From contig JBDIWC010000007.1 of assembly GCA_039794085.1 (NCBI GenBank), positions 50,676-114,675 of the forward strand: a stretch of 64,000 nt of DNA, read 5' to 3'. This DNA comes from Gemmatimonadales bacterium (lineage in GTDB: Bacteria > Gemmatimonadota > Gemmatimonadetes > Gemmatimonadales > GWC2-71-9). Below are positions 36,910-47,889 of the stretch, one piece after another (the first letter of the stretch is position 1; the number at the start of each line of letters is the position of its first letter). Below the pieces are notes generated by a model, which worked only from the letters and a program-made list of their open reading frames with translations, had not been told where the DNA came from and made no database searches. The position numbers were made by a program, and so were the translations under genes.

Positions 36910-37977
36910 ATGAATGTGTTGGAGAAGTCCTTGATCGAGCCTGTACCGGCAGAGGGTCAGGAACGTCCGGATTCCGGCAAGTGGAGATGGGGGTTTGTCC
37001 TTCGGCTTGTGGCGGCCTTGGGAATACTCACTCTCCTTCTGTCCTCAGTTTCCGTGTCTCACGTACTGGGCTCCTTCGGAGCGGGCCACCTCGGGGTGCT
37101 TTTCATCGCGACCGGTCTCCTCATTGGAGCACAATTCCTCAGCTCATGGCGATGGAGGCTGCTCTACGCGGCAGACGCCCCCCCGATCTGGGACCTTTTC
37201 AGGCTCTATCTTGCAGCCTCCTTCGCGAGTTCCTTTCTGCCGTCCACGGTGGGAGGGGACGCCCTTCGATGGATCGGGCTGTCCCGCAGGACGGGCCGAG
37301 GGGCCCGTGCATTCACGAGCGTCATCCTCGATCGAGTTTGGGGGGTCTTCGCGCTGCTCCTGATCCTGGCAACGGGCATGGCCCTCGCTCCGTGGGAGGC
37401 GGTACGCGTGGCAAGGTCATTGTCTCCTGCGCCGTGGATGACGGATGCACCCGGCTGGATGCCGTGGGCGCTCACTACATTTGGGCTCATCGCCGCAGGC
37501 GCAATCAGTGTGGCTCTCCACCGTTCGGTGCGGGTCCGCCAAGTGCTGGCCGATGCGGCATCTGTCCTGAACGATCTTCGGTCGAGTTTGTCGACCGCGG
37601 GCCTTGCCCTGGTGGTTTCCCTGATGGTTCAAGGGACCTACGTCTTGACTTGGATGCTGCTCGGTTGGTCCATGAACATCAAGCTCGCCACGGGCATGTG
37701 GCTCATGGGGGTCCCCTTGGTGAGCCTCGCCGCGATGGTGCCGCTCTCGATCTCGGGGCTCGGTCTCCGCGAGGGTGCTTGGATTGTTTTGCTTCAGAAC
37801 CTCCCCCTGGACCCAGCCTCGATAGTGGCTTTTGGGCTCCTCTTTTCTGCTGCGTTCATCTCTTCCGGAATGGTGGGAGGCATTATCTTCGCCTTGAGTT
37901 CTGACCGTGACGACACGATCACGACACCGACCAAGGGACAGCTGGTTCACACTCCTCCGCCATCCCAATCACAATGA
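36910..37977 (+). CDS. LPG-synthase-TM / UPF0104 flippase-like membrane protein
   Basis: RWRLL, FLPSTVGGDALR, SVILDR and PLSISGLGLRE motifs. Confidence 0.85.
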   Translation: MNVLEKSLIEPVPAEGQERPDSGKWRWGFVLRLVAALGILTLLLSSVSVSHVLGSFGAGHLGVLFIATGLLIGAQFLSSWRWRLLYAADAPPIWDLFRLYLAASFASSFLPSTVGGDALRWIGLSRRTGRGARAFTSVILDRVWGVFALLLILATGMALAPWEAVRVARSLSPAPWMTDAPGWMPWALTTFGLIAAGAISVALHRSVRVRQVLADAASVLNDLRSSLSTAGLALVVSLMVQGTYVLTWMLLGWSMNIKLATGMWLMGVPLVSLAAMVPLSISGLGLREGAWIVLLQNLPLDPASIVAFGLLFSAAFISSGMVGGIIFALSSDRDDTITTPTKGQLVHTPPPSQSQ

Positions 37978-38981
37978 CAACCGAGCCACGCTCCGCAAAT
38001 TCTGAATCGGGAAATCGCAGACCAGATGTATCCTGGCTCTCGGCGGACGCCCTTGTCTCCGTGGTGATCCCGGCTTACAACGAACGCGGGACTTTGGAGC
38101 CACTCCATCTCGAGGTCACAACTGTTCTCGAGTCCCTGGGACGTCCCCATGAGATCATCTTCGTGGACGACGGCTCGACCGATGGGAGCGACGCCGTATT
38201 GGCAGAGATCGCGGCGAGAGACCCTCGCGTTCGAGTGCGTGCATTCAGGAGCAACCGCGGGAAGGCTGACGGTTTGAACCTGGGCTTTTCTCTCGCCTCG
38301 GGGTCCATCATCGTCACCATGGATGCAGATCTTCAGGACAAACCGTCCGAAATCCCGAAACTTCTGGAAGCCCTGGGCCACAGTGACCTGGTCTCGGGCT
38401 GGAAGTTCCGACGTCACGATCCCCTCGGAAAGACCATTCCGAGTCGATTCTTCAACTGGGTCACCCGGAAGGCATCCGGGGTCGACATTCACGATTTCAA
38501 TTGTGGATTCAAGGCCTATCGCGCGGAGGTTGTCCAGGAACTCGACCTGTACGGTGAGATGCACAGGTTTGTACCCGTGCTCGCGGCCAGTCGTGGATTC
38601 AGGGTAACAGAGGTACCTGTGGAGCACGCCCCCCGAACGTGGGGCAAGAGCAAGTACGGTTTCAGCCGACTCTTCAAGGGTGCCTACGACCTCCTGACCG
38701 TGATTCTGCTGACCCGGTTTGAGAACCGGCCCATGCACTTCTTCGGCTCCGCAGGACTCATGGCAGGTACCAGCGGTTTCTTCATCCTGCTTTACATGTC
38801 GTATCTTCGCCTGATTCGAAATGAAAGCATCGGTACCAGGCCTCTTCTCCTTTTGGGGATCGTGTTGTTGCTCGCTGGATTGCAGCTTGCATCCCTGGGG
38901 CTGGTTACGGAGCTGCTCGTGGGGCGCACGAGAAGGAGCCGGACCCGAGCAACGGCCGAGCCCGAATCGAGGCGACAGTGA
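37974..38981 (+). CDS. ArnC/DPM1-like polyprenyl-phosphate glycosyltransferase (GT2)
   Basis: VIPAYNE, VDDGSTD, TMDADLQD, HDFNCGFKAY and YGEMHRF motifs; two C-terminal TM helices. Confidence 0.92.
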   Translation: MTTEPRSANSESGNRRPDVSWLSADALVSVVIPAYNERGTLEPLHLEVTTVLESLGRPHEIIFVDDGSTDGSDAVLAEIAARDPRVRVRAFRSNRGKADGLNLGFSLASGSIIVTMDADLQDKPSEIPKLLEALGHSDLVSGWKFRRHDPLGKTIPSRFFNWVTRKASGVDIHDFNCGFKAYRAEVVQELDLYGEMHRFVPVLAASRGFRVTEVPVEHAPRTWGKSKYGFSRLFKGAYDLLTVILLTRFENRPMHFFGSAGLMAGTSGFFILLYMSYLRLIRNESIGTRPLLLLGIVLLLAGLQLASLGLVTELLVGRTRRSRTRATAEPESRRQ

Positions 38982-40408
38982 GCCGAGGCCCAACTGGTTA
39001 TTGGAAACAGTCAGCGGTTCCCGCAGGTGTCCTGGCCATCGGTCTGGCGCTCCGGCTGCTCCACCTGGGATCGTGGGGCTTCGAACAGGACGAGTTGTAC
39101 ACGCTTCACGACTCCTCGAACCTGGCGTGGAGCCGTGATGGTGCACCCGGGATCGCGGCGCGGCCGGTGTACTACCTGGTCCAGAGAGTCCTTCTGGAGG
39201 TCCTTCCCGTCAGTGAATGGACCTTGCGGCTCCTCCCCTTTTTCTTCGGTGTGTTCGGCATCTGGATCACCATGAGGCTGGCCCGTGAGCACTTCGGTCC
39301 GACTGCGAGTTGGGTGGCAGGGCTCCTGGTGGCGTTCGCCCCCTGGCACATATACGCCAGCCAGATGGCGAGGTATTGGTCACTCGTCTATCTCCTCTCG
39401 GGGATCGCGCTTCTGCTGCTGCACCGTGCGTTTGAGCAGGGCACTATCCGGGCCTATCTCGGCGTCCTCGGTGTCTTCGTTCTTGGTGGCCTCACACACC
39501 CGACGTTCGCGTTCCCGCTGGTCGGAACCGTGCTCGCGATGCACATTGTCTCCACGGGCGGCACGCTCACCTGGCAGCGTCCGACACGCAATGCACTGGC
39601 AGGATTATGGATACCACTCGTTCTAATCGCGTTTGGCATCGCGGCAGTGCTCGAGGCGACGGGAATGACACGAGCTTACTCGAACAACGAGAGCAGGGGG
39701 ATTCTGGCAACCCTTCGCCTCGTACCCGCCATGGTGCAGTGGTTGACGCCGGAGGTTGCAACTGCCTTCATCATCTCCGCCGTGCTCCTGTGGGTAGGGA
39801 AGCAGGGGAGCGATCGGCGCTGGGCTGGGACCGCGATCATGGGTACCCTCGGCGCCGGAGTTCTCCTCGTCGTCGCTTCGTTCCGCACCGGTGTCTACGC
39901 GGATTACGGCATCAGCATCCTGCCGCTGGTGTTCGTCACCATTGCCGGCCTCGCCGCCCGTCTTGCCACCAACATTGAGGGGGCAGTCGGCTCGATCGTG
40001 CCGGTCGGAGGGGCAGCCCTCATGATCTCAGCCATGTTGCCGGGGGTCGTGTCTCATCACTCCGACGGGTCACGACACGACTATCGCTCCTCACTCCGAT
40101 ACATCCAGGAACATGGACCTGACGAGCTGGTTGTCGGGTGGCCAATTGTTGTTCAGCGGTATTACGCGCCTGATCTCCACATGGTGGAGCGGTGGGCCGT
40201 CGAGACGCCAAGCCCTGCTGCAGGCCAATGGTTCCTCGTTTCGTACCAACGATCCAGAATATTGAAGGAGCCGCCAGGCCTCCGCGAATTCCTGGACATG
40301 CGATGCCGAAGGGAACATTCCACAGAACGCCCACGGCTTGACTATCGGAGCTACAGAGTGGAGGTGTTCTGGTGCGGAAAAGCGCGTGACGAAAAGATCA
40401 CAGGCTAG
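38978..40408 (+). CDS. GT-C (PMT_2/ArnT-like) membrane glycosyltransferase
   Basis: ALRL..LG..GFEQDE, EWTLRL and HIYASQMARYWS motifs; coupled to the ArnC-like gene. Confidence 0.82.
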   Translation: MSRGPTGYWKQSAVPAGVLAIGLALRLLHLGSWGFEQDELYTLHDSSNLAWSRDGAPGIAARPVYYLVQRVLLEVLPVSEWTLRLLPFFFGVFGIWITMRLAREHFGPTASWVAGLLVAFAPWHIYASQMARYWSLVYLLSGIALLLLHRAFEQGTIRAYLGVLGVFVLGGLTHPTFAFPLVGTVLAMHIVSTGGTLTWQRPTRNALAGLWIPLVLIAFGIAAVLEATGMTRAYSNNESRGILATLRLVPAMVQWLTPEVATAFIISAVLLWVGKQGSDRRWAGTAIMGTLGAGVLLVVASFRTGVYADYGISILPLVFVTIAGLAARLATNIEGAVGSIVPVGGAALMISAMLPGVVSHHSDGSRHDYRSSLRYIQEHGPDELVVGWPIVVQRYYAPDLHMVERWAVETPSPAAGQWFLVSYQRSRILKEPPGLREFLDMRCRREHSTERPRLDYRSYRVEVFWCGKARDEKITG

Positions 40409-40607
40409 GGAGGGGCTTATTCCCAATGGAACGGAGAATGCGGCATGGCCTGTCTTCAGCTTCGGCTTACGTTTGGCTGGAGTTCCCCTTGATCGATGAG
40501 CCAGGCTTTAGATTGTATTTGTAGCGACGCATCAGTGGCAAGGATCTACATCGCATGGAACAGAGTGCGGTCCCCCTTCAGTACCACGGAGAACGCTCGG
40601 AGCACCC

Positions 40608-41999
40608 ATGAATGCAGGACGCCGAACCCTAACACTCGAGCGCGGTGGTCTGGCAATCCCTCGTCGGGGCCAGTTTGTGCAGCTTGCCGCCCCTGCTACG
40701 CAATCCCCCAGCGCTCCTGCCAGCGCCCTTGCGCACATGCCCAATATTACGCGCTGGTTTGTGGCCGGAGCGATCTTCATCGCGGTAAGCCGGGTGCATG
40801 GCTACTTTCCGATACTGGCGGTCATCCGAGCCCCACTGCTTCTCAGCGTTCTCGGGATGCTGATGCTCTTCGGCACCATGGAGAGTTGGCGCCCTGCCGA
40901 TCTGGGAAAACACTGGATTCCCAAGACAATGGGATTGATCCTCCTGATCGCCATCATTGGGGTACCGTTCGGGATATATCCGGGAGAAAGTCTCCGGCAG
41001 ATCAACGTCGGGTTCTCCCGGTCGTTGCTCCTTGCCGTCATGGTGTGGGCCTCCGCACGCACCCCCGGTGGGATCCGCTTCATGGTCAAGACCCTGGCCT
41101 CGGCGGCGATCGTCGCTGCGCTCCTCGCTCTTGCTGTTGGTGCGAGAGATTCTTCCGGACGCCTTGCAGGTGGTTATACCTACGACGCCAACGACATTGC
41201 CCTTGTGGCGGTGGTAGGCATCCCGCTTTGTGTCTGGTGGCTCCTCGACAAGGCCAACCGGCACCGCGGGGCCATGTTGGCCGCCATACCACTGCTCGTC
41301 TACCTGGTGATCCAGACCAGGTCCCGAGGCGGCTTCCTGGCCCTCGTGGCAGTCCTCGGCGCGATCCTGGTCCTCGGCTTCCGGGGCAAGAACCGGCAAT
41401 TCCGCCAGGCGAGCGGTGCCATCGCCCTGCTCGTGGCTCTTTTCATACCGATTCTCCCCAGTGGTTACCTCGACACGATGCGCAGCATCAACGACGAGGA
41501 TGACTACAACCGGACCTCCCCCACCGGTCGGATCGAGACGTGGAAGCGGGGTATGGGGTATGCCTTCAGCCACCCCCTCACCGGGGTCGGAATCGGCAAT
41601 TTCGAAACTGCGGAAGGGACCCTTTCAACGATCGGGCGGGAACGTGCAGCGGCAACGAGAGGGTGGAAGTGGAGTACCGCGCACAACTCTTTTGTCCTGG
41701 CCGCCGCGGAGCTGGGGCTCATCGCAGGTGCAGCGTTCGTACTCCTGGTGGTCGGGTCGATCGTGTCGCTCCTCCGGCTTGGGAGGAGCAACAGCGACGG
41801 TACCGAGAACCTCCTTCCTCCCCTCCTCGGGATCAGTGTGCTCGGGTTCGCCGTGGCGGGGTACTTTCTCTCCTGGACCTACTTCGACCTCACCTGGGCT
41901 CTCTTCGGACTCTCGGCGGCAGTGCTCATGGGAGCCCGATCCAGTGGCAGCACACCGGTTCCGACTACGCCAGCACCGCGGAGACTCCGCAGTCGGTGA
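40608..41999 (+). CDS. O-antigen ligase / Wzy polymerase family protein
   Basis: DANDIAL, TRSRGGFL, R..TWK, PLTGVGIGNF and AHNSFVLAAAELG motifs; start uncertain. Confidence 0.88.
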   Translation: MNAGRRTLTLERGGLAIPRRGQFVQLAAPATQSPSAPASALAHMPNITRWFVAGAIFIAVSRVHGYFPILAVIRAPLLLSVLGMLMLFGTMESWRPADLGKHWIPKTMGLILLIAIIGVPFGIYPGESLRQINVGFSRSLLLAVMVWASARTPGGIRFMVKTLASAAIVAALLALAVGARDSSGRLAGGYTYDANDIALVAVVGIPLCVWWLLDKANRHRGAMLAAIPLLVYLVIQTRSRGGFLALVAVLGAILVLGFRGKNRQFRQASGAIALLVALFIPILPSGYLDTMRSINDEDDYNRTSPTGRIETWKRGMGYAFSHPLTGVGIGNFETAEGTLSTIGRERAAATRGWKWSTAHNSFVLAAAELGLIAGAAFVLLVVGSIVSLLRLGRSNSDGTENLLPPLLGISVLGFAVAGYFLSWTYFDLTWALFGLSAAVLMGARSSGSTPVPTTPAPRRLRSR

Positions 42000-43213
42000 T
42001 CATCGGAAAGATCTGGGACAGCGAATACCCGTGGGACGTCCGGGTGGAGAAGATCTGCCGCACCCTGACGGAGGCGGGTCATGAGGTCCACCTGGTGTGC
42101 CGTAACCGGGGGAATGCCCCGATCGAGGAGGCGCAGGGCGGCCTCACGATCCACCGGATGCGCCCCCTCCCGCCTTTGCTCCGCTCCCTGGAGGGGCCAC
42201 TCTCCTTTCCGGCCTTCATCAACCCCCGTTGGTATTGGCTGGCGCGCAACGTCTTCCGCGACCAGAGCGTTGACCTCATCATCTGCCGCGACCTTCCCCT
42301 CGCCCCCCTGGCGCTGGCGGTGGGGCGGGCGCTCGGTCGGCCGGTGATCGTGGACCTGGCCGAGCACTATCCCGGGGTGCTCCGGGATCTCTACAACCGG
42401 CACGATTTCCGGTTGGGAAATCTGCTGGTCCGGAATCCGTGGCTAGCCGCCCTGGTGGAACGATGGGCCCTCCCCCGAGCCAACGGAGTCTGGGTTGTCG
42501 TCGAGGAGATGGCGAAGCGTCTTGAATCGCTTGGTGTTTCCCCGTCCCGCATCACCCTCGTCTCCAACACCCCCCTCCCGGAGCGCGTTGCCCGGCTCTC
42601 TTCGATCCGGAGCGAGCCACGAGAACCCGATACGATCCGACTTGTCTACCTCGGCAACGTCGAGTCGAGTCGAGGGCTCCTGACGGTTCTGGAGTCTCTT
42701 TTCCTTCTCACGAGAGAGCACCTTCAGGTGACTTTGGATGTGATTGGCGATGGATCCGGCCTCGCGCTCACCAGGGACAGTGCCTCGGATCTGGGCCTGG
42801 AAGGGAACGTGAACTTTCACGGCCGAATACCTTACGATGAAGCGCTGAACCTACTGCCGCACTTCGATGCCGGCCTCATCCCCCACCGCGCCACTGCCCA
42901 GTGGAAGTGGACCGTCCAGAACAAGCTCTTCGACTACATGGCCGCGGGACTTCCCGTGATCGCCACAAGCCTACCTCCAGTCCGCAGGATCCTCGCAGAC
43001 ACCGGGGCAGGGGTCACCTTCGTCGATCGAGACGCAACGTCGCTGGCCGGGGCAGTGAGAGCCCTGCTCCATGATCCTGCAGCCCGCATTCGTATGGGCA
43101 ATGCTGGACGAGCAGCTGTACGGGGCCCGCACCAGTGGGCGCACGACGCGGCGCGCATGGAGAGATCATTGGCGCGGTTGACCCCCCGATCGCAACACGG
43201 GGTACGAGAATGA
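41996..43213 (+). CDS. GT4 glycosyltransferase
   Basis: YPWDVRVEK, YLGNVESSRGL and NKLFDYMAAGLPV motifs; GTG 41996 overlaps the upstream TGA. Confidence 0.88.
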   Translation: MIIGKIWDSEYPWDVRVEKICRTLTEAGHEVHLVCRNRGNAPIEEAQGGLTIHRMRPLPPLLRSLEGPLSFPAFINPRWYWLARNVFRDQSVDLIICRDLPLAPLALAVGRALGRPVIVDLAEHYPGVLRDLYNRHDFRLGNLLVRNPWLAALVERWALPRANGVWVVVEEMAKRLESLGVSPSRITLVSNTPLPERVARLSSIRSEPREPDTIRLVYLGNVESSRGLLTVLESLFLLTREHLQVTLDVIGDGSGLALTRDSASDLGLEGNVNFHGRIPYDEALNLLPHFDAGLIPHRATAQWKWTVQNKLFDYMAAGLPVIATSLPPVRRILADTGAGVTFVDRDATSLAGAVRALLHDPAARIRMGNAGRAAVRGPHQWAHDAARMERSLARLTPRSQHGVRE

Positions 43214-43223
43214 CAGGATCCTC

Positions 43224-44417
43224 ATGTGGTACCTGATGCTGGTTCTCCTCTTTCCTTTAGCCATCATCGTAGCTTTGCCGGCGGTGGCAGACATCATGGC
43301 ACTGGTTGTTGCTCTACGGACCTCCAGACGGGGGACAGATCGTCATGCCCCCGCGGAGCCCGAGCCCCTGCTTTTTCTGGTTCCCGCACATGACGAAGAG
43401 CTTCTGATCGAGCGCTGTGTCCGCAGTCTCACGGGAATGGACTATCCCCCCGATCTCCTGTCCGTGCTGGTCGTGGCGGACAACTGCACCGATGCCACCG
43501 CGGAGGTTGCGGCCCGGGCGGGCGCCAATGTGCTGGTGCGGACGACCACCGACCTGAGGGGAAAGAGTCACGCCATCGAATGGGCTCTGGCCAGGGTGCA
43601 CCTTGCCGGTCATGCCGCCGTGGTCATCGTCGACGCTGATACCATTGTTGAGGCTGATTACGCCGCCCAGATTGCGTGGCACGGGCCACTTCGCCACAAG
43701 GCGCTGCAAACCTATGATGGCATGAGCAATGAGTTCGAGAATTGGCTCACCCGCCTCGCCGGGCTCCTGACCCGGAATCGGTACCACCTCCAACTCCCCC
43801 TGAAGCAGCGGGCAGGCCTGAATGTCCCCCTCACCGGGGATGGCACAATACTGGGAACCAGCCTCCTGAGGGATGTCCCGTGGCAGATCGAGACGATCAC
43901 CGAAGGATGGGAGCTGTACGCCCGGTACACCCTGATGGGACTTCCCATCACATACGTTGCTGATGCCCGGCTTTATGCACAGGAGGCTCGCTCGCTTGGG
44001 CAAAGCCATACCCAGCGGGCTCGATGGTCATCCGGTCGGTTCGCCGTTCTTCGTATCTATCTGTCCCGCATTGCGAAGACGCCTGGCGTCTCCATGCTGC
44101 AGAGGCTGGACCTGATTGCGGAGTTGACGCACCCCGGACCTGCCACCAGGGCGGTCGTGGCAATGCTCGGGATGTCGATTACCGCCCTGGCTCCGGTTCC
44201 GGCCAGCCTGGTGACCCTCCTGCTCTTCAGCACCGGGGTGCTGCATCCCATGGTATATTCAGTGATTTCCCTCAGGAAGCACCCGTGCCCAGGCCCATTG
44301 ATCCTCGCGCTGACGATGTTCCCGTTCTATGCCGTGTGGCGGTTCTTCATCGGATTGAGGGCGGCCTTGCTCTCTGGAACCGGCCGTTGGGTACGCACCA
44401 AACGTCATATCGAGTAA
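43224..44417 (+). CDS. Processive-type membrane GT2 glycosyltransferase
   Basis: VPAHDE, ADNCTD, GKSHA, VDAD, ITEG (TED variant) and QRARW (QxxRW) motifs. Confidence 0.88.
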   Translation: MWYLMLVLLFPLAIIVALPAVADIMALVVALRTSRRGTDRHAPAEPEPLLFLVPAHDEELLIERCVRSLTGMDYPPDLLSVLVVADNCTDATAEVAARAGANVLVRTTTDLRGKSHAIEWALARVHLAGHAAVVIVDADTIVEADYAAQIAWHGPLRHKALQTYDGMSNEFENWLTRLAGLLTRNRYHLQLPLKQRAGLNVPLTGDGTILGTSLLRDVPWQIETITEGWELYARYTLMGLPITYVADARLYAQEARSLGQSHTQRARWSSGRFAVLRIYLSRIAKTPGVSMLQRLDLIAELTHPGPATRAVVAMLGMSITALAPVPASLVTLLLFSTGVLHPMVYSVISLRKHPCPGPLILALTMFPFYAVWRFFIGLRAALLSGTGRWVRTKRHIE

Positions 44418-44815
44418 CTTCGCAATAACCAGGATGGGGGGAAGCACGGCCCACCCGGCCGCCGCCGCGTGTCGCCCACGATGCATCTTCCCCGCCGGGA
44501 GCTTCTAACCTTTGGCCTGCCGCTCCCTTTGCGGTCGGGGTGGCGCTTCCAACTCTTGATTGCGCTCGAGTCCTACCCGGCGAGTGCATTCTCGAGGGGC
44601 CATGATCCCCACCCCAGAACATCGAACACGCACTCTCGACGTCCTTCTGGTCAGGAACCGTGGCGGCGGCTCCCTACCGAAGTAGGACCTCCCGCGACAG
44701 CACCTCAGTTGCTCAAGTCACTACGGGTCCGGCGGACAGAGGCGTTGGTTCAAATCACTTCCTACCCTGCCCGCAGGAGGAAGCCCCGAGGCCGGTGCCT
44801 CCGCGATCCTTTGGG

Positions 44816-47800
44816 CTACCGTACGCTTGTATACCATTCATCGATGTCAATCCACTGGTCCTGCGTATTTGCAATGCCAGGGTTCGTGCTGAGGGCAGCG
44901 TACTGCCAGAACGTGACCATCCGATCCCATTCTGTGCTATTACCGGCCGTGACGTAGCCGATCCCCGTCCTTCTTCCCCAGAGCGTTCCGTTGAGATAAA
45001 TGTCGATTGACCCGTTCGCCACACCTGCCGTATTGGCCGCGAACACAACTTCAAGGTCATACCATATCCCATTCTTGATGCTGGGGGATGAGGGCATCAT
45101 GAAGTTCTTGCTACCGAAGTCCGGACCAGTACCGCCCGCCTGCTGTGCAAGAAAGAACCCCCAATCGCCATTTGTGCTACGGCGCTCAAACATGAAAAAC
45201 GTGTTGTTTCCCCCTGACTGGGCAGGGTTCTTGAACCTAACGGCAAACCACTTGATGAAACTGGCGTCCTGCGACCTATGGTTGTCGCTGAGCCGGAAGC
45301 GTATCCGGGTGTAGAGCAATCCTGTGTTGGAAGGAAAGTTGATCCCTGAGTCGTAGTTGAATACGGAATTGCCGATTTGTGGCATGCTCCCTGGAGTAAT
45401 CCCTCGCAGGAAGGTTTGTGTCCCCTCCGTTACGACAGAGAGCCTCGAACCGTTGGAAATCACTCCGAAACCGTTTTGATCATGGAGCGGGAGCTGAGGA
45501 GGCACCACATCCATGGGGTTGTCAAATACCGGCGTCATCCCGGCCGGCTGATTCGGTCCCGGGCCGGTTGATCCGACTTGCTGCGGGGGCGCGGAGCTCG
45601 TGATCGTCACGAACGACGTGTCGGCCTTGCCGCTGGAGAGATGCCGCGCGATCACCTGCGCCGAGCCGGCGTTGGAGGAGGCGGTGTAGAGCCCGCTCGG
45701 GCTCACCGACCCTATCCCCACGACGCTCCAGGAGAGCGACGGCTCGGTGTGGCTCCCGTCGGACCAGGTGGCGCTCACGGTGAACTGTTGGGTGGCGTTG
45801 GCCGTGAGGGATACCGACCCCGGTGCAATGGCGAGTGAGGTGAGAACGGGCTGCGACGCGCTGGGCGAGGTCAGCGTGACCGCCGAGGTGTCGGCCTTGC
45901 CGCACCCATTGCACGAGGCGATGACGGAGAAGAGACCAGCCACCTGGCCGGCCGTGTAGAGCCCACTCGAAATCATTGTCCCTCCGGATGCCGAATAAAG
46001 TACCACAACCGGCCGGGAAGTGGAACCGTCACTCCAGAGGACCGAGGTGGTGAACTGCTGGGTCTTGCCGGTCTCCAGGGTGACCGACCCCGGGTTCAGC
46101 ACGAACTGTGTCACCGACACCACAGTGACCTCGGCGGTGTCCGCCAGCGTCCCCCCCGACATCCGGGCAATCACCCGTCCCGATCCCCCCGCCAGACCCG
46201 CCGCATAGAGACCCCCATCCGTGATGCTCCCCCCCGTGGCGCTCCAGATCACCTGTGGCGTGGTCACCGCACCATTGGACCAGGTGGCCCGGACGGTGAA
46301 CTGCTGCGGCTGGCCCGCGATCACGACCGCTGACCCCGGTGTCACCGCCAGAGAAGTGATGGTGGCCACGGGACTCTGCACCGTCACCAGCACCTGGGCC
46401 GAGACTCCCGACGCCGACGCCGTGACGGCCCAGGTTCCGGGCGTGGACCCCGCGGTGAAGAGCCCCGAGGGGGTCACCGTGCCCCCGGTGGCGGTCCAGG
46501 AGACGACCGGGGCGGGACGCGACACCCCGTCGGACCAGGTGGCGCTCACGGCAAACTGCTGAGTGCCTCCCGGCGCCACCGTTGTCCCCCCGGGAGAGAC
46601 CTGCAGACCGGTGACCGTGGCCGCCGTGACGGTGACCGGCACCGTGTCCGCCAGGCCACTCCCGTTCGCAGCCACAGCCACGATCTGGAACGCCCCGGCC
46701 TGGCTCCCTGCGGTATAGGCCCCCTGAGGAGTGATGGTGCCGCCGGTGGCGGTCCAGGTGACCGGCAGCGTGCTGGTGCTGCCGTCGCTGTAGCGGCCCT
46801 GGGCGGTGAACACCTGGCTCCCGCCGGCCGGGAGGGTGGTCGAACCCGGCTCCACCTCGACGCCGGTGAGGGTCGCGGCCGGCTGCGCAATGGTGACAGC
46901 CGCGGTGCCGGAGAGCGAGGTGCCGGACACCGTCGCGGTGACCTGGGCCGTGGCCCCGGACCCGGCGGCGCCGGCGGTGAAGAAGCCCTGCGGAGTGATG
47001 GCCCCATTGCCGCTGGCGCTCCAGGTGACCTGTGCCGGGGCGGTGGCGCCGTCACTCAGGGTGGCGGTGGCCTGGAAGATCCGCACCGACCCCGGGCTCA
47101 TGGTGATCTGGCTCGGCGTCACGGCGATCGACACCGGGGCCGCGGCCCGAACCTGGACCGTGCCACTGTCTCCCACGGCACTCTTCCGGTGACGGACCCG
47201 AACCTGAAAGGTGCCGGCCACGGGACCGGCCACGAAATGACCCTTCTCGTCGATGGTGCCGCCGGTGGCGCTGAAGTCGATCTGGGGCTCCGGCAACCCG
47301 GGTGCCTTGACGCTCCACTCCGCCTGCACACTGAAGTCGGCGCTCCCCCCGGCCTCGAGGGTCACGCTGCGGGGGGAGAGGGTGAGCGCCTGAAGCACGG
47401 CGCTCACCACGGTGATGTCGGCGGAGTCGGAGAGAACGGGGTTGCTGCGGACCCAGGCCACCACCCGGTACTCGCCGGCGCCCGCAGGCCGGAAGATGCC
47501 GGAACTGGTGATTGCCGCCCCGGAGGGGCCACTCACCCGCCAGTCGACGTCGGCGGTCACGGGGACCCGGGCCACGTTCAGGACCACGACCGACAGCGGG
47601 AGGGAGTCGGCCTCGAAGATCGTCGACTGCCGAGGGCTCAGCACGATCGACGCGGGGACCGGAGAGGACGAGGGCGGGGGGGCGAGGAAGTCCCGCTGCT
47701 CGCTGGCACCACCACCGCACCCGGCCGCAAGCACGAGGGCACCACCCAGCAGAATGGAACGAAGACCGGAGGTCGGGAACCCGAATCCCTGAGAGCGCAT
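44816..47800 (-). CDS. Surface lipoprotein with ~8 Big_2-like Ig repeats and a C-terminal lectin/polysaccharide-lyase-like beta-sandwich domain
   Basis: LAAGC lipobox; repeats of SxxVTP...QQF...W...GG.IT..GLYTA; C-terminal WYDLEV..NTAGVANGSIDIYLNG; start 47800 or 47827. Confidence 0.82.
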   Translation of the reverse strand: MRSQGFGFPTSGLRSILLGGALVLAAGCGGGASEQRDFLAPPPSSSPVPASIVLSPRQSTIFEADSLPLSVVVLNVARVPVTADVDWRVSGPSGAAITSSGIFRPAGAGEYRVVAWVRSNPVLSDSADITVVSAVLQALTLSPRSVTLEAGGSADFSVQAEWSVKAPGLPEPQIDFSATGGTIDEKGHFVAGPVAGTFQVRVRHRKSAVGDSGTVQVRAAAPVSIAVTPSQITMSPGSVRIFQATATLSDGATAPAQVTWSASGNGAITPQGFFTAGAAGSGATAQVTATVSGTSLSGTAAVTIAQPAATLTGVEVEPGSTTLPAGGSQVFTAQGRYSDGSTSTLPVTWTATGGTITPQGAYTAGSQAGAFQIVAVAANGSGLADTVPVTVTAATVTGLQVSPGGTTVAPGGTQQFAVSATWSDGVSRPAPVVSWTATGGTVTPSGLFTAGSTPGTWAVTASASGVSAQVLVTVQSPVATITSLAVTPGSAVVIAGQPQQFTVRATWSNGAVTTPQVIWSATGGSITDGGLYAAGLAGGSGRVIARMSGGTLADTAEVTVVSVTQFVLNPGSVTLETGKTQQFTTSVLWSDGSTSRPVVVLYSASGGTMISSGLYTAGQVAGLFSVIASCNGCGKADTSAVTLTSPSASQPVLTSLAIAPGSVSLTANATQQFTVSATWSDGSHTEPSLSWSVVGIGSVSPSGLYTASSNAGSAQVIARHLSSGKADTSFVTITSSAPPQQVGSTGPGPNQPAGMTPVFDNPMDVVPPQLPLHDQNGFGVISNGSRLSVVTEGTQTFLRGITPGSMPQIGNSVFNYDSGINFPSNTGLLYTRIRFRLSDNHRSQDASFIKWFAVRFKNPAQSGGNNTFFMFERRSTNGDWGFFLAQQAGGTGPDFGSKNFMMPSSPSIKNGIWYDLEVVFAANTAGVANGSIDIYLNGTLWGRRTGIGYVTAGNSTEWDRMVTFWQYAALSTNPGIANTQDQWIDIDEWYTSVR

Positions 47801-47889
47801 CGAGGACAGCCCATCATTGCCATGCACCGGCCCAACCAGCCCAGACTCCCCCCCACCCTTGGACTGGAACCCACGCGAAGCAAGTTCCG

